Notes: a model not told the origin generated them from the sequence alone. A stretch of 64,000 nucleotides of DNA from a bacterium (GCA_029565685.1 JAKQNR010000022.1:556035-620034), one strand, 5' to 3'; positions 40,167-50,837 are shown, counted from the first letter of the stretch. Program-made: numbers and translations.

Positions 40167-41366
40167 CTAACATTCGGCCGACAGCTCTCGTGCCTGACGT
40201 ACAAGCTGCGCCGCTCTCTCCAGGGCCAGCTCCAGCGCTTCGCGACCCGGCCCTCCCCCTTGCACCAGAGTGGCCTCCCCTCCTCCCCTGCCGTCGATCA
40301 TGGGCAGCACGGCTTTAAAAACCGGACGAAGATCGAGTTGATCCCTGGAATTGGCAAAGACCAGATAGCCCTGCTCCCTCGCTGCGGCCAGCAGATAGAT
40401 TCCGGGCTGTTTTTTGCACGCAGCCACCGCTATTCGGCGAAGGTCTTCCATGGAAAGCTCCGGAAACAACTGCACGACCACATCCGTCTGAGCAGCCCGT
40501 TCGCAGAGTTCGGCCATCGCCTGATCGGCCTGCGCACGACTGTGCTGCTGCAAGACTTTGCGCATCTCTTTGTTCTCAGCGAGTATTTTTTCGACCTGGA
40601 ACGTCAGTTGATCCGCTCCGGTAGTCAATGTGTCGCTCAACGTTCTGATGATCTGATGCTCTCTGCAGAATTCCTGCCAGCTCCGCCGACCGGCGACAAA
40701 GTTCACCCGCCAATGACCGCGAATGCGCTCAGCAGCCAGCATTTTGATCAGTCCCACCTGGGCTGTACTGCGGACATGTGTGCCGCCGCAGGGATCCACG
40801 TCCAGTCCGGCTATTTCCACCAATCGAACCGATTCATCCAACGCGATCTTTTTACGCACCGCCCGATCGTTCGCCTGCTCCGGGGTGACGAAAAAAGAAT
40901 CCACTGCGCGATTCTCCCAGACCACCTGGTTGGCTTTCTCTTCAACCTGCCGAATGATCTCCTGGGTGAGATCGGGAACGTCGATCTCGATGGTAGAAAC
41001 CTCTTCGCCTAGATGAGAGGCCAGTGTGGAGATTTTAAACAACGCACTGAAACAGCCGGCCAAAATATGAAAGGCCGTATGCTGCTGCATAAAATCAAAG
41101 CGCCGTTGCCAGTCGATGCATCCTTCGACCGCGCCATCCTGCAGAGGTGAAGATAACAGATGCCAGATTTCGCCATCCTGATATTGGACATTGTGCACAG
41201 CGATCCCGTTCAGCCAGCCGGTGTCGTGCATTTGTCCGCCTGAAGTAGGATAAAAACAGGTTTGATCCAGCACCACCGCGGGGCGCCCGTCTATCACGCC
41301 GGACTGCATCACACGAGCAGAAAAGTGGGTTTGATAAGCATCTCTAAAATACAATCGTTCCGTCAC
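40167..41366 (-). CDS. AlaX-type alanyl-tRNA editing protein with DHHA1 domain
   Basis: FYPTSGGQMHD, MQQHTAFH, PCGGTHV, GRGGG. Confidence 0.9.
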   Translation of the reverse strand: MTERLYFRDAYQTHFSARVMQSGVIDGRPAVVLDQTCFYPTSGGQMHDTGWLNGIAVHNVQYQDGEIWHLLSSPLQDGAVEGCIDWQRRFDFMQQHTAFHILAGCFSALFKISTLASHLGEEVSTIEIDVPDLTQEIIRQVEEKANQVVWENRAVDSFFVTPEQANDRAVRKKIALDESVRLVEIAGLDVDPCGGTHVRSTAQVGLIKMLAAERIRGHWRVNFVAGRRSWQEFCREHQIIRTLSDTLTTGADQLTFQVEKILAENKEMRKVLQQHSRAQADQAMAELCERAAQTDVVVQLFPELSMEDLRRIAVAACKKQPGIYLLAAAREQGYLVFANSRDQLDLRPVFKAVLPMIDGRGGGEATLVQGGGPGREALELALERAAQLVRQARELSAEC

Positions 41367-42604
41367 AAGGACTCCTTCGCCACAGATGAGATCTTGGCCT
41401 GCTTGTGCAGAATGCGGGTTTCCCGTTTACGCAGATCATGGAGAAAATACAGATAGTTTTTTTCCGGCTGCAGCTCCATCAGGGTCTCTGCATGCGTCCT
41501 GGCCCTGCGGATAACCGAAAGCGCTGCCGAATAATCCCTGCACCGGTGCTCATAGTATTTGATCAACTCTAGACAGGGATCGGTCGAGAAAGAGCCGCTT
41601 GTGTTCAGCAGCGACAGCCAGATCTGTTCCGCCTCTTGATACCGCTTCAGCCGTTTCAGATTCCAAGCCTTGCGCAGTTGCATTTGTCGGTGTTCAGCCC
41701 CTGAACTGCCGTCCTCTGCCTCACACGCCTCGCTGGCCTGTTCATACAAGCCCAAATGCTCATAGGTTCGAGCGACGCCCATTCGATGATATGGAACAGC
41801 GCCGCCGCTGCGACGGAAAACCTGTGCAGCTCGAACCAGCAGGCGCAGCAGAGAGATCAGATCCAGGGCGTTGTGCTGAAACACCGCCTTGAGCGGGGTT
41901 AAATCCCGAGTCTGCAGGCTGTCGAAATAGAGAGAGGGGATCCGCTCACCGGGCACATCCGAGGTGCGTCGAAAGCCGAGCACCACCTGCTCCATGCTGC
42001 TTAGCCGGCCGTCAGGGACAAACGGACGCCACAACCGCCTGCTGGTGTGCAACAGGTCCAGATGCAAAAACCGGTTCCAGTCCAAAGAAACCCGATTTAA
42101 TATACATCGATTGTGCAACAGTGGAAGATCAAAGGTTTTGCCGTTGTAGGTCATCAGGCCGGTTACGTCCTCCAGCCATTCAACCAAGCCGGTGAGCATC
42201 GCACGCTCCTGAAAAAAATCGTGCATAAAGAACTGCCGCACCAGCACAGAGGTCTGCTGCAAGCGGGCCACGCCGATCAAAAAAGCGCAAGTTCCGGCGC
42301 CGCCGGCCAAGCCGGTGGTTTCGGTGTCGATCCATGCAGTATGTAAGAGGTTGAATTGGTTTAAAATCCGGTTTTTGCCGATGCAGGCGAAATCATGCGG
42401 TTGCAGATCCAGAATGGCCCGCAGTTCCGGCCAATCTTGAAAAGAGAATGTTTTCTCCCGCAGCCAATAATCGCCTGCGCAGGTGCTTCTGCGTTCCAGC
42501 CCCAGCGCCTCGATTCCGACTAACCCATCCCTGCCAGCCGGTTGCTCTCTATTCGATGGCGCTGTTTGCTGCAGCGTGCGCAGTTTTTCGATAACAGATG
42601 TCAT
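41363..42604 (-). CDS. mrfB: MrfB/YprB-like RNase H-like exonuclease with TPR
   Basis: IDTETTGL, TYNGKTFD, HLDLLH, HNALD, KYYEH. Confidence 0.85.
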   Translation of the reverse strand: MTSVIEKLRTLQQTAPSNREQPAGRDGLVGIEALGLERRSTCAGDYWLREKTFSFQDWPELRAILDLQPHDFACIGKNRILNQFNLLHTAWIDTETTGLAGGAGTCAFLIGVARLQQTSVLVRQFFMHDFFQERAMLTGLVEWLEDVTGLMTYNGKTFDLPLLHNRCILNRVSLDWNRFLHLDLLHTSRRLWRPFVPDGRLSSMEQVVLGFRRTSDVPGERIPSLYFDSLQTRDLTPLKAVFQHNALDLISLLRLLVRAAQVFRRSGGAVPYHRMGVARTYEHLGLYEQASEACEAEDGSSGAEHRQMQLRKAWNLKRLKRYQEAEQIWLSLLNTSGSFSTDPCLELIKYYEHRCRDYSAALSVIRRARTHAETLMELQPEKNYLYFLHDLRKRETRILHKQAKISSVAKESL

Positions 42605-42628
42605 GGGGCTTTACCGATCCGTCCGGAT

Positions 42629-44938
42629 TTAGGTGAGCTGAGCCATAAAGGACAACAATAAAAGTCCGCCGGCCTTGCCGGTCTCTCCCACTTCAAGGGC
42701 CGGCCCGACGCAGGATGGACAGCCGTTTTTACACGAACAGGCTTGAACGAGATCATAACCCGCCTTTGCGACCTCTTGATGGATCTGATACAGCTTTTTG
42801 CAATATCCCACTCCTCCGGGATACACCTCCCAGATAAAAATGGTGGGCAATTGAGAATGCGCAGCGCGCATCATGGGCATGACCGACAGATCGCGGGGAT
42901 CCGTCATCAGATACAGCGGCGCCACGTTCGCCAGCACGTTGGCCGCGGCTTTGAGCGCATCACCAAACTCCTGCTGCGGCATGTTCAGCTCTTCGTAGAG
43001 ATGATCCGGAAATCCAAACCAGAATCCCTGCGTGTGCATGGTCAGTTCCGGAAGAGCGATTTTAGCCCAGCCCACGTTCTCGTGAGTATGAAATTTTATT
43101 TTTTTATACATCGTGGCAATGCTGGTCACCGCCACCTCTCCCCAACCGGCGCGGCCGGCACCGATCTGCCGCTCTTCGCTTATCTCAAGAAGCTTCAAAT
43201 CCGATTTGAGCTGGGCGTCGGTGTAGTAATCCACGCTGACCTGATGTACGTAGGCTTTTCGCCGCGGCCAGTCCAAATGGTCTACATGATATTGCCGGCT
43301 CTCATGCATATAGATAGCGCCGTCATGCAGCATGAGCGGCGCGGCAAACAGGTCCAGTTCTCCGATCACCTTTTCTTCCGTCGTGGTTTTGTCGATGATC
43401 ACCACATTTTCTTCAGCAGCGCTGCGCAACGACACGGCTTCAGCCGGATAGACTTCAGCCATCCAATGCCAACGATCTTCAGAGAGGTGAAGAACACGGT
43501 TCTCCTGTAAAAAGCTCAGGATTTCCTGAGTGCTGTCAACGCCGCCAGTTTGCCTCCAGCTTTCGCCGAAACGCTCAGCCGTAGTGAACGGCAGTTCAAA
43601 TGCAGCGCACTTGATGTGGCTGAGCAGAATCAGCAGATTGTCCGGATTCAGCAGACCAGCCTCCGGCGATTGACTGAACAGATACTCCGGATTGCTCATC
43701 AGATACTGCTCCAGCGGAGCCGATGAGCCGATGAGAATCGCCACCGAGGTCTCGTTGCGCCGGCCTGCCCGGCCGGCCTGCTGCCAGGTGCTGGCGATCG
43801 TCCCGGGATATCCAGCCAGAATGCAGGTCTGCAATTGGCCGATATCGATGCCGAGCTCCAGCGCATTGGTGCCGACCACCCCGAGAATGGTCCCCTCGCG
43901 CAATCCCTTTTCAATCTCCCTGCGTTGCAGCGGCAGATAGCCGCCGCGATAGCCGCGCACCAACTGGGGAGACTTTTTGAGACGGCGCATGATCTCTTTC
44001 AAATAGGTCACCAGAATTTCCACCCGCAACCGGCTTCTCGCGAACACGATGGTGGGAATATCCTGGGCGAGAAAACGGGCGGCGAGGCTCTGCGCCTCCT
44101 TGATGTAAGACCGCCGGATGCCCAGCTCCTTGTTCACCACCGGCGGATTGTACAGAATAAAATGCTTGACGCCGCTGGGCGCTCCGTTGCTATCGATGAG
44201 ATGCATGGGTTCTCCGGTAACATGTTCGGCAAATTCCAGCGGATTGGCGATAGTCGCTGAACAGCAGATGAACAGCGGCCGGCTGCCGTAAAATCGGCAA
44301 ATGCGTTTCAGGCGCCGAATCACGTTCGCCAGGTGACTGCCGAAAACGCCGCGGTAGTTGTGAATTTCATCGATGACAATATAGCGCAGGTTTTCGAACA
44401 GCTTGACCCAAAGCGTATGGTGGGGCAGTATGCCGGTGTGCAGCATGTCCGGATTGGTGACCACAATATGGCCGGAAGTGCGGATGGCCTTGCGCGCTGT
44501 GACCGGGGTATCTCCATCAAAAGTATAACTCCTGATGTCAAAAGAGAGTTGCGGCGACAACAGGGCGACGACGCTGTGCAATTCAGCCACCTGGTCCTGC
44601 GACAGCGCTTTCGTGGGAAACAGATAAAGGGCCCGACTGTCTGGCTGCTTTAAAACCGCATTCAAAACCGGCACGTTATAGCAGATGGTTTTACCGGATG
44701 CCGTGGGTGTGACGATCACCGTATTGCGCTCTTGCAGGATTGCCTCGATGGCCGCAGCCTGATGAGAGTAGAGCGATCGAATGCCATGAGCCTGCAAAGC
44801 GTTCTTGAGCCGACAGTCGAGTGCTTCTGGATATTCAGCCCATACCGGCGGCCTTGCCGGGAGCTCTTTCCACAACGAGACCTTTTCCATGAAGCTCTGG
44901 TCCCGCTTCAGGTAATCCAGCAATTGATCGATGGTCAT
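42629..44938 (-). CDS. mrfA: MrfA/Hrq1-like DEAH helicase with DUF1998
   Basis: TASGKT, DEIH, SAT, QAGRAGRR, CSCKNGCPSC; ATG 44938 overlaps the upstream stop. Confidence 0.92.
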   Translation of the reverse strand: MTIDQLLDYLKRDQSFMEKVSLWKELPARPPVWAEYPEALDCRLKNALQAHGIRSLYSHQAAAIEAILQERNTVIVTPTASGKTICYNVPVLNAVLKQPDSRALYLFPTKALSQDQVAELHSVVALLSPQLSFDIRSYTFDGDTPVTARKAIRTSGHIVVTNPDMLHTGILPHHTLWVKLFENLRYIVIDEIHNYRGVFGSHLANVIRRLKRICRFYGSRPLFICCSATIANPLEFAEHVTGEPMHLIDSNGAPSGVKHFILYNPPVVNKELGIRRSYIKEAQSLAARFLAQDIPTIVFARSRLRVEILVTYLKEIMRRLKKSPQLVRGYRGGYLPLQRREIEKGLREGTILGVVGTNALELGIDIGQLQTCILAGYPGTIASTWQQAGRAGRRNETSVAILIGSSAPLEQYLMSNPEYLFSQSPEAGLLNPDNLLILLSHIKCAAFELPFTTAERFGESWRQTGGVDSTQEILSFLQENRVLHLSEDRWHWMAEVYPAEAVSLRSAAEENVVIIDKTTTEEKVIGELDLFAAPLMLHDGAIYMHESRQYHVDHLDWPRRKAYVHQVSVDYYTDAQLKSDLKLLEISEERQIGAGRAGWGEVAVTSIATMYKKIKFHTHENVGWAKIALPELTMHTQGFWFGFPDHLYEELNMPQQEFGDALKAAANVLANVAPLYLMTDPRDLSVMPMMRAAHSQLPTIFIWEVYPGGVGYCKKLYQIHQEVAKAGYDLVQACSCKNGCPSCVGPALEVGETGKAGGLLLLSFMAQLT

Positions 44939-47322
44939 ACAGTCTCTTTTAAAAGATAAATGGTTCCCGAGCCGCCGTCCACTTTGACCATGTCGCCTGG
45001 CTTGATCAGAGCGGTGGCTTGGGCCACGCTGGTGACACTGGGAACGCCGAATTCCCGAGCCAAAATAGAAGCATGGGACAGAACACCGCCAACCTCTAGA
45101 ACCAGAGCGGAAATCTGGTGAAATACCGGTGTCCACGCCGGATCAATAGAGCGGGCGATGAGAACGCTGTCCTTTGGAGCAGCAAAAGCCTGGTCACAGG
45201 TGAACGCGATGTAGGCAGGCCCCAAAGCGATCCCCCTGGAAACAGGGACACCCTTAAAAATCTTTTGAGATGAAAGAGAGCGATGATTACTGGCGGCAGT
45301 GATCCATTGGTTTAAAAAAGCCTTCCTTTGTTGAATGATGGAAGCATAGATTTGTGCAGAGTTTGCGATGGTTGCGTCAGCCAGTTCATTTTTAGTTAGA
45401 TAAAAAACATCTTGTGCTGCCTTCAGCAGACCTTGCTGCTGAAGTTGCTCAGCCATGTGCAGAACCACCCGTCTACTCTGCGCTAAAATACGCTGCCATA
45501 GATCCCGTTGATTTTCCCGCAGGAGCGTAAAAATTTGTGCACGGCTCAAAAGATAAGAGAAAACTTTGGAATATATCCATCGGGAAAGGAAATGATGCGA
45601 GGCGGCGATTTGCTTGGCGCACTCCAGCTCAGCTTCTTTTCTCTCCTGAATGGCGTTGAGCAGAGATTTGCCGTTGTTCGATTCTTCCTGCGCAGTGCGC
45701 AGACGCTTACCGAAATCAACGATTCGGCTTTTCTTTTCAGCCCAGGTCGGATAGCTTATGTCCAAACTTTCGGAGCGATGGCCATATAGACGGAAATATT
45801 CATCCCAATTCTCCGGCCTATTGTATCGGCTATTCTGCAATCTGATCAGATGAAGGTTGGCAAGAACTGTTTGATTGTTTTCCAGGCCGGAGAGCAGCTT
45901 TTGAGTCAAGCCCAAACGGTCACGAGAGGGCAGCGCCAGTCCGATCATCTTGGAAAGCAATTCATAATAGAGATCAGCAAATGTAATGCTCCAGCGGTGA
46001 ATCGATAAAAATTGATCACTTAAATCTATGGTTTTATAAAGATAATTTATCAGCCCAGAATATGTGAGTTTTTTAAAATCCATCTCATGCATTACTTTAA
46101 GTGTCAGCAGGCAAGTACGGTTAAAGGTACCCCATTTGTGCAGATGAAAAAACGGCAGCCAATCTAAATTTTTCCCTAAAAGTCTGGTGAGGAGATAAGG
46201 GGCGGATTTAACCAGAGCTACCCACCATACCTGAGACCGATGCATCAGGCCTAGGCTGTTCTTTTTGTCCTCAGATATAAAACGCAATGGAATAATGGAA
46301 TACAAGGATTGGAGCACGCGCAATTGACTGAAAGGAATGCCTGAGCTTATTTTGGTAAGGTGCTTTGTTTTCGCCAGATTATCAAATCCAAGAAACCAGA
46401 GAGGATCGCGGAACGCATTCTTTTCCAGAATATCGCGGATAAGACTCCAACCCAGCACCGAAACAGGGCCGCTGAATCGTTCGACAAAGAAATAATTGAC
46501 ATACTCTACTCGGTTTTCGTCCCACAAGCGCTGTCCATGCGTAAACGATGCCGTAATCGGTCTTGCCTGCAAAATCCACAGTTGGTTTTGTGAATCGATG
46601 GCCCACTCGATATCCTGAGGGCCGCCTAGCAGTTTTTCAATTTCCATACCGATGCAAAAAAGAGAGCGCAACAGTCCGGTAAAATCCGCATTCGACAAAC
46701 GCCCCTTCAACTCATGCGTCGAAGGATGTCCAGACGATCGATCAAATTCGACGCGATATGGCTCCTCCTTCCCCTCCATCAAGCGCTCCCCGGTCTGATG
46801 AACATATTCAACCAGCATCTGGTCGTCGGCGGAACTGGGATTTTGCGTAAATAAAACGCCTGCAAACTGCGCGGCGATCATAGGCTGCAGGATCACCGCC
46901 ATCGCTGGATCGACGTGCCGGACCCTGCCTGGATAAGCGTTCTTGACCGACGCAAATCCGGATTGAAGAACGATGTAAATGGCATCGAGGATCTGCTGAT
47001 GCTCTTTCAGATGAAGCATTGATTTAAATTGCCCGGCAAAAGAGTAACGGGCCGCATCTTCGGCCAGCGCAGAGGATCGTACGGCATAGCCTGGTTCTGA
47101 GGGGTGTTTGCTGCAAAACTGAGCGATGATCTCCAGGAGGCGGCGTTCTGCGGCGGCTGTACGGGAGGTTAAGGTGGAATAGATATAGGTCGGCAAGACC
47201 ACAAAGTCAGGCACCTGGATGCCGTGGTGTTTGAGTAGGGCCAGGCGCGATGCTTTTCGTCCTGTCCAGTCAGTGCGGAGTGCGGCTTTTGTGTGTGAGC
47301 CAATTCTCCAGGACCTAGCCAT
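44935..47322 (-). CDS. PEP-utilising enzyme (ATP-grasp / central / His-swivel; rifampin-phosphotransferase- or PigC-like layout)
   Basis: GRKA, AVRSSALAED, SFAGQF, QDIEWA, LQARPIT, GGVLSHASILARE; ATG 47322. Confidence 0.85.
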   Translation of the reverse strand: MARSWRIGSHTKAALRTDWTGRKASRLALLKHHGIQVPDFVVLPTYIYSTLTSRTAAAERRLLEIIAQFCSKHPSEPGYAVRSSALAEDAARYSFAGQFKSMLHLKEHQQILDAIYIVLQSGFASVKNAYPGRVRHVDPAMAVILQPMIAAQFAGVLFTQNPSSADDQMLVEYVHQTGERLMEGKEEPYRVEFDRSSGHPSTHELKGRLSNADFTGLLRSLFCIGMEIEKLLGGPQDIEWAIDSQNQLWILQARPITASFTHGQRLWDENRVEYVNYFFVERFSGPVSVLGWSLIRDILEKNAFRDPLWFLGFDNLAKTKHLTKISSGIPFSQLRVLQSLYSIIPLRFISEDKKNSLGLMHRSQVWWVALVKSAPYLLTRLLGKNLDWLPFFHLHKWGTFNRTCLLTLKVMHEMDFKKLTYSGLINYLYKTIDLSDQFLSIHRWSITFADLYYELLSKMIGLALPSRDRLGLTQKLLSGLENNQTVLANLHLIRLQNSRYNRPENWDEYFRLYGHRSESLDISYPTWAEKKSRIVDFGKRLRTAQEESNNGKSLLNAIQERKEAELECAKQIAASHHFLSRWIYSKVFSYLLSRAQIFTLLRENQRDLWQRILAQSRRVVLHMAEQLQQQGLLKAAQDVFYLTKNELADATIANSAQIYASIIQQRKAFLNQWITAASNHRSLSSQKIFKGVPVSRGIALGPAYIAFTCDQAFAAPKDSVLIARSIDPAWTPVFHQISALVLEVGGVLSHASILAREFGVPSVTSVAQATALIKPGDMVKVDGGSGTIYLLKETV

Positions 47323-48298
47323 TTTGCTGCAGCAACTCGCTGATATAAAAAACGTTCTCCTTGGGCGTTTCATAGGGAAGAACGCCGGTGCCGATGCAGA
47401 CTTTTTCCCGCTGTGCAGCCAATGCAAGCATACGCCGGACTTCTCCGGCGATCTCCTCACGCGTGCCCTCGGATACAATGCGCGAGATCATATTGATTCG
47501 AATCATCACTTCAGGGTGCGCCTTGGCTTTATCTAGAAACTGCTGTTGGTCGGTCTCAGCCGGACAGATCAGATAGGTGGCGCCGGTGGAACAGAGTTCA
47601 TTCACCAGCAAAGCCGTATCGCCGCCGATGATCAACGCCGGCGTGAATCCCTGAATGCGGCCGGCCAAGGCAACCAGTTGAGAAAGCGCAGGCAACTCTA
47701 TCTGCGTAAAGATATCCGGCGAAATGAGCGGCGGAGTGGCCGCTGATTCAAATAGAGTGACTTTGAGTCCAGCATCTTGAATGGCCTGCAAGAATCCACG
47801 CTGATAGACCGCCAATCGTTGCAGACCCTGTGCCAACAGATCCGCCTTTACCAGCGCGGCATAAAGCAGGGTTTCAAAACCAAGCAGGACCGAGGCCATG
47901 GAAAACGGTCCGCTGACCGGTATGCGCACATCGGCTTCCGGGAAACGGGCTTTCAGGCGTTGCCCTACGCGGATCAGCATACCGATGCGGCCGGCCGTGT
48001 TCGGATCAAACGGTTCGAGTTCCAACAGCTGCGTGGGATCGTGAAACAGCGGTACGGTGATAGTCGGGATGCCGAATCCTTCCGTCGGGGTCACCTGGGC
48101 GCCATAGGCCTCCGCCTCTGGATTATAGATATCGATGCCCACCGTGACCGGAGTGTGATGGTAGAGCTCATAGGCCGCGGCATGAGCCTGATAAAGCAGA
48201 TCCTCGTTTCGCGAAACCTCCCAGGGCGTGCGATGAATGACAGCAGCCGCATGTTCATAGACCGCTGGCTGAAAAAAAAGTGCGGGGTCTCGCATCAA
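47315..48298 (-). CDS. Uroporphyrinogen decarboxylase / MtaA-CmuA family protein 1
   Basis: EAEAYGA, SGPFS, LISP..F, C-terminal GTGVLPYETPKENV; lacks the His-x-Cys Zn motif (IIGG). Confidence 0.75.
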   Translation of the reverse strand: MMRDPALFFQPAVYEHAAAVIHRTPWEVSRNEDLLYQAHAAAYELYHHTPVTVGIDIYNPEAEAYGAQVTPTEGFGIPTITVPLFHDPTQLLELEPFDPNTAGRIGMLIRVGQRLKARFPEADVRIPVSGPFSMASVLLGFETLLYAALVKADLLAQGLQRLAVYQRGFLQAIQDAGLKVTLFESAATPPLISPDIFTQIELPALSQLVALAGRIQGFTPALIIGGDTALLVNELCSTGATYLICPAETDQQQFLDKAKAHPEVMIRINMISRIVSEGTREEIAGEVRRMLALAAQREKVCIGTGVLPYETPKENVFYISELLQQNG

Positions 48299-49431
48299 TA
48301 GTCCCTTGTTTTGTGATATTCATCGAGCATGGCCATATAATTGTCGTATTGGCTGCCCACAGCGATGGAATGGCTGGCGCCAAGGATAAAGCGTCCCCCT
48401 TCTTTGGCGTAGGCCATGGCGGAGCGAACGTCGCGGCGCACATCCTCCGGCGTGCCGCTGATCAAATGTTCGACGGCAACGCCGCCCCAGAGGGTGATCT
48501 TGTCGCCATAGCGCTGTTTCACTCGAGCCAAATCCATGTCAGCGGTCGGCTGAATGGACTGATAGGCGTCATAACCGATCTCGATAAAATAGTCCAGCAG
48601 ACGCCAGACATTGCCGCAGCAATGTTTCATGATTCTTTGACCATAGGTCGATTTGATATGGCGGACCCGCTCCTTGTTGGCGTCAAGATAAAAATCGCGA
48701 AACATGGCAGGACTGATAAAAGGTCCGGTCTTGTACGCGAAATCGTGTCCCCAGAGTACGGCGTCGGCCTTGGGGTGGACCCATCGTTCATCCGCTCGTT
48801 TATACTGGTTGGCGTAGAATTGAACCGCCTTGCGGATCAGCTCCGGGTCTTCCATTAAAGTGATCATGCCCTTTTCCATGCCGCCCGGCAATACAATGCC
48901 GATCTCGCCTCCAGAGGGGCCGCAGATGAACTTTTCACCATGAAAGGTCTCGATCACGGTGTTCAGAATATGCCAGGAACGTTCATCGAGCTGCGGCAAA
49001 GGCGGCTCGCCTTCAAACTCCTCATGGCGAAAAACCTTTTCCTGCATGACCGGATCATGAATGCAGGTGATATCGGCGGTAAAATCAGAATATTTGTAGA
49101 TTCGCCCTTGCCGGTCCTGCCAGGTGTTTTCATCCAATCGCTGCGGCGGATCCTCGATGGGCAGAGGGATCTCCCAAGTAGCCATGGGAAAGGTAATGAT
49201 GTCGAGATCCAGTTTGCGATGCAGGGCGATATGATCTTCCAGGTAGCTTTGCACCACTTCATCCTGACGCCCCTCCCAAAAGGCGATCTGCGATTTGGCT
49301 TTGGCCCGCAAATAGGTTTCATGACCGAGAATCTTTTCCACAGTATCGAAATCGACGGCGAATTCGCCGATGGGAACCCGGTCAGGAAGACGGCCGGAGA
49401 GCACGGCATGTACCCGCTCTTTCGCAGTCAT
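48295..49431 (-). CDS. URO-D family protein 2
   Basis: KERV...PDRVP, DFAYKTGPFISP, HCCG, GRFILGASHS. Confidence 0.85.
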   Translation of the reverse strand: MTAKERVHAVLSGRLPDRVPIGEFAVDFDTVEKILGHETYLRAKAKSQIAFWEGRQDEVVQSYLEDHIALHRKLDLDIITFPMATWEIPLPIEDPPQRLDENTWQDRQGRIYKYSDFTADITCIHDPVMQEKVFRHEEFEGEPPLPQLDERSWHILNTVIETFHGEKFICGPSGGEIGIVLPGGMEKGMITLMEDPELIRKAVQFYANQYKRADERWVHPKADAVLWGHDFAYKTGPFISPAMFRDFYLDANKERVRHIKSTYGQRIMKHCCGNVWRLLDYFIEIGYDAYQSIQPTADMDLARVKQRYGDKITLWGGVAVEHLISGTPEDVRRDVRSAMAYAKEGGRFILGASHSIAVGSQYDNYMAMLDEYHKTRDY

Positions 49432-50495
49432 CGATACCACCCCTCTTGCATCGCCGTCTCGTACATGGCCAGCACATTTTCAGTGGGGGAGTTGTCCTGG
49501 ATTTCATGCGTAGGCGCCAGAGCGTAACCGCCGCCCGGCATCATAATCTCCAGCGTGGATTGGACGATTTTGCGGACCTGGTCCACAGTGCCAAAGGCCA
49601 ATTCGCCGGCGGTGGAAATCATGCCATGGAAAGCCAGTTTGGCGCCGTAGCTCTTTTTAAGAAAGGCCGGCGCCATGTCTTGAGCCTCAGGTTGCAGGGT
49701 GTCGACTACAGAGACGCCCATTTCGATAAAGTCATTGAACGCCCAGCTGCTGGAGCCGCATGAATGTATCATCACCGGCAGGTTGTAAGACTTGGCCAGA
49801 TCGATGAATTTCTGATGTCTGGGACGAATATGCTTGCGATAGAGGTTGAGGCTGATCGTCGGACCGCGCTGAGTGCCCAGGTCTTCGCCCATCCAAAAGA
49901 GATCGACGGCGCCCTTGCCGGCCTCCAGGATGCGTTCCATGATCTGCAGCCACAGGTTGGTGCAGCGATCGATCAGCAGCAAACCAGCCGGTTCATCCAG
50001 CATAAGATCGACCAGCACCTGTTCCATGGTGCGCAGCATGCCTATGGAATTGATAATGTCGCCGACACCAGGGTGCCCGACGACAACGCAATAGTCTTTG
50101 TATTGACGGCTTAAATGGGCGATGGCGGAATAGTCGAAATCGTCCGGATTCGGCAGCTTCCAATTGGCGACGGTTTCGATGTCGGCGTTTTGCAGCGGCC
50201 AGGTGCAATAGTCCCAATAGCCGCCCCAGTCGTGTTGAACCCAGCGTCGATGGCGGCCAAAGTTATCGACGGTGATGCCCGGCAGATCCTGGTAGAGTTT
50301 TTGCCCGATGTAAGGCGCATCGATGGCACGAAAGTCAACGCCCAATCGTTGCCGCAAGGCCTCATCGTCGTTCTGGTTAAGGCCGAAATGATCTTTGAGC
50401 CGGGCATCGATAGCCGGATTGTAGAGATAATTAATCGGCACACGATCCGGAATCGCATGGCCGAATGCGGTTAACACACGGTCTTTGGATTTCAT
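49428..50495 (-). CDS. URO-D family protein 3
   Basis: KDRV...PDRVP, EDLGTQ, HSCG, GGYALAPTHEIQ. Confidence 0.88.
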   Translation of the reverse strand: MKSKDRVLTAFGHAIPDRVPINYLYNPAIDARLKDHFGLNQNDDEALRQRLGVDFRAIDAPYIGQKLYQDLPGITVDNFGRHRRWVQHDWGGYWDYCTWPLQNADIETVANWKLPNPDDFDYSAIAHLSRQYKDYCVVVGHPGVGDIINSIGMLRTMEQVLVDLMLDEPAGLLLIDRCTNLWLQIMERILEAGKGAVDLFWMGEDLGTQRGPTISLNLYRKHIRPRHQKFIDLAKSYNLPVMIHSCGSSSWAFNDFIEMGVSVVDTLQPEAQDMAPAFLKKSYGAKLAFHGMISTAGELAFGTVDQVRKIVQSTLEIMMPGGGYALAPTHEIQDNSPTENVLAMYETAMQEGWYR

Positions 50496-50837
50496 ATTCT
50501 AACTTACAAAAAAAATAGAGAAAAAGAAAAGAATTTATTTTGACGATACGAGGAAGGAATTAAAAAATGCACCGAGGCGTTGGTGAGCAGCATAGATCAT
50601 CGTGGGCATCGACCGCACCTCATCCCATCGACGCTGCTTCGATTAGTGGAGGCAGCGGAATCAAAAAGTCGGCGCCATGTTCTGCTGTTGGATAGATCCG
50701 TGGATGATCGGCGATGCATTTGACGCCGCCGGCCAACCATTTAGAATCAATCCATTTTGGGCAAGAGCTTTTGCAGAACAGTAAAAATTGTTTCAGCCCA
50801 AGGATGCAAAAAGGGTATCACAAAAGGATCAAAAAGG

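Noticed and set aside
50567..50695. 42-codon plus-strand ORF with AGGAAGGA, containing a 9-bp hairpin
   Set aside because: No recognisable protein features and no U-tract; cannot be supported without homology data
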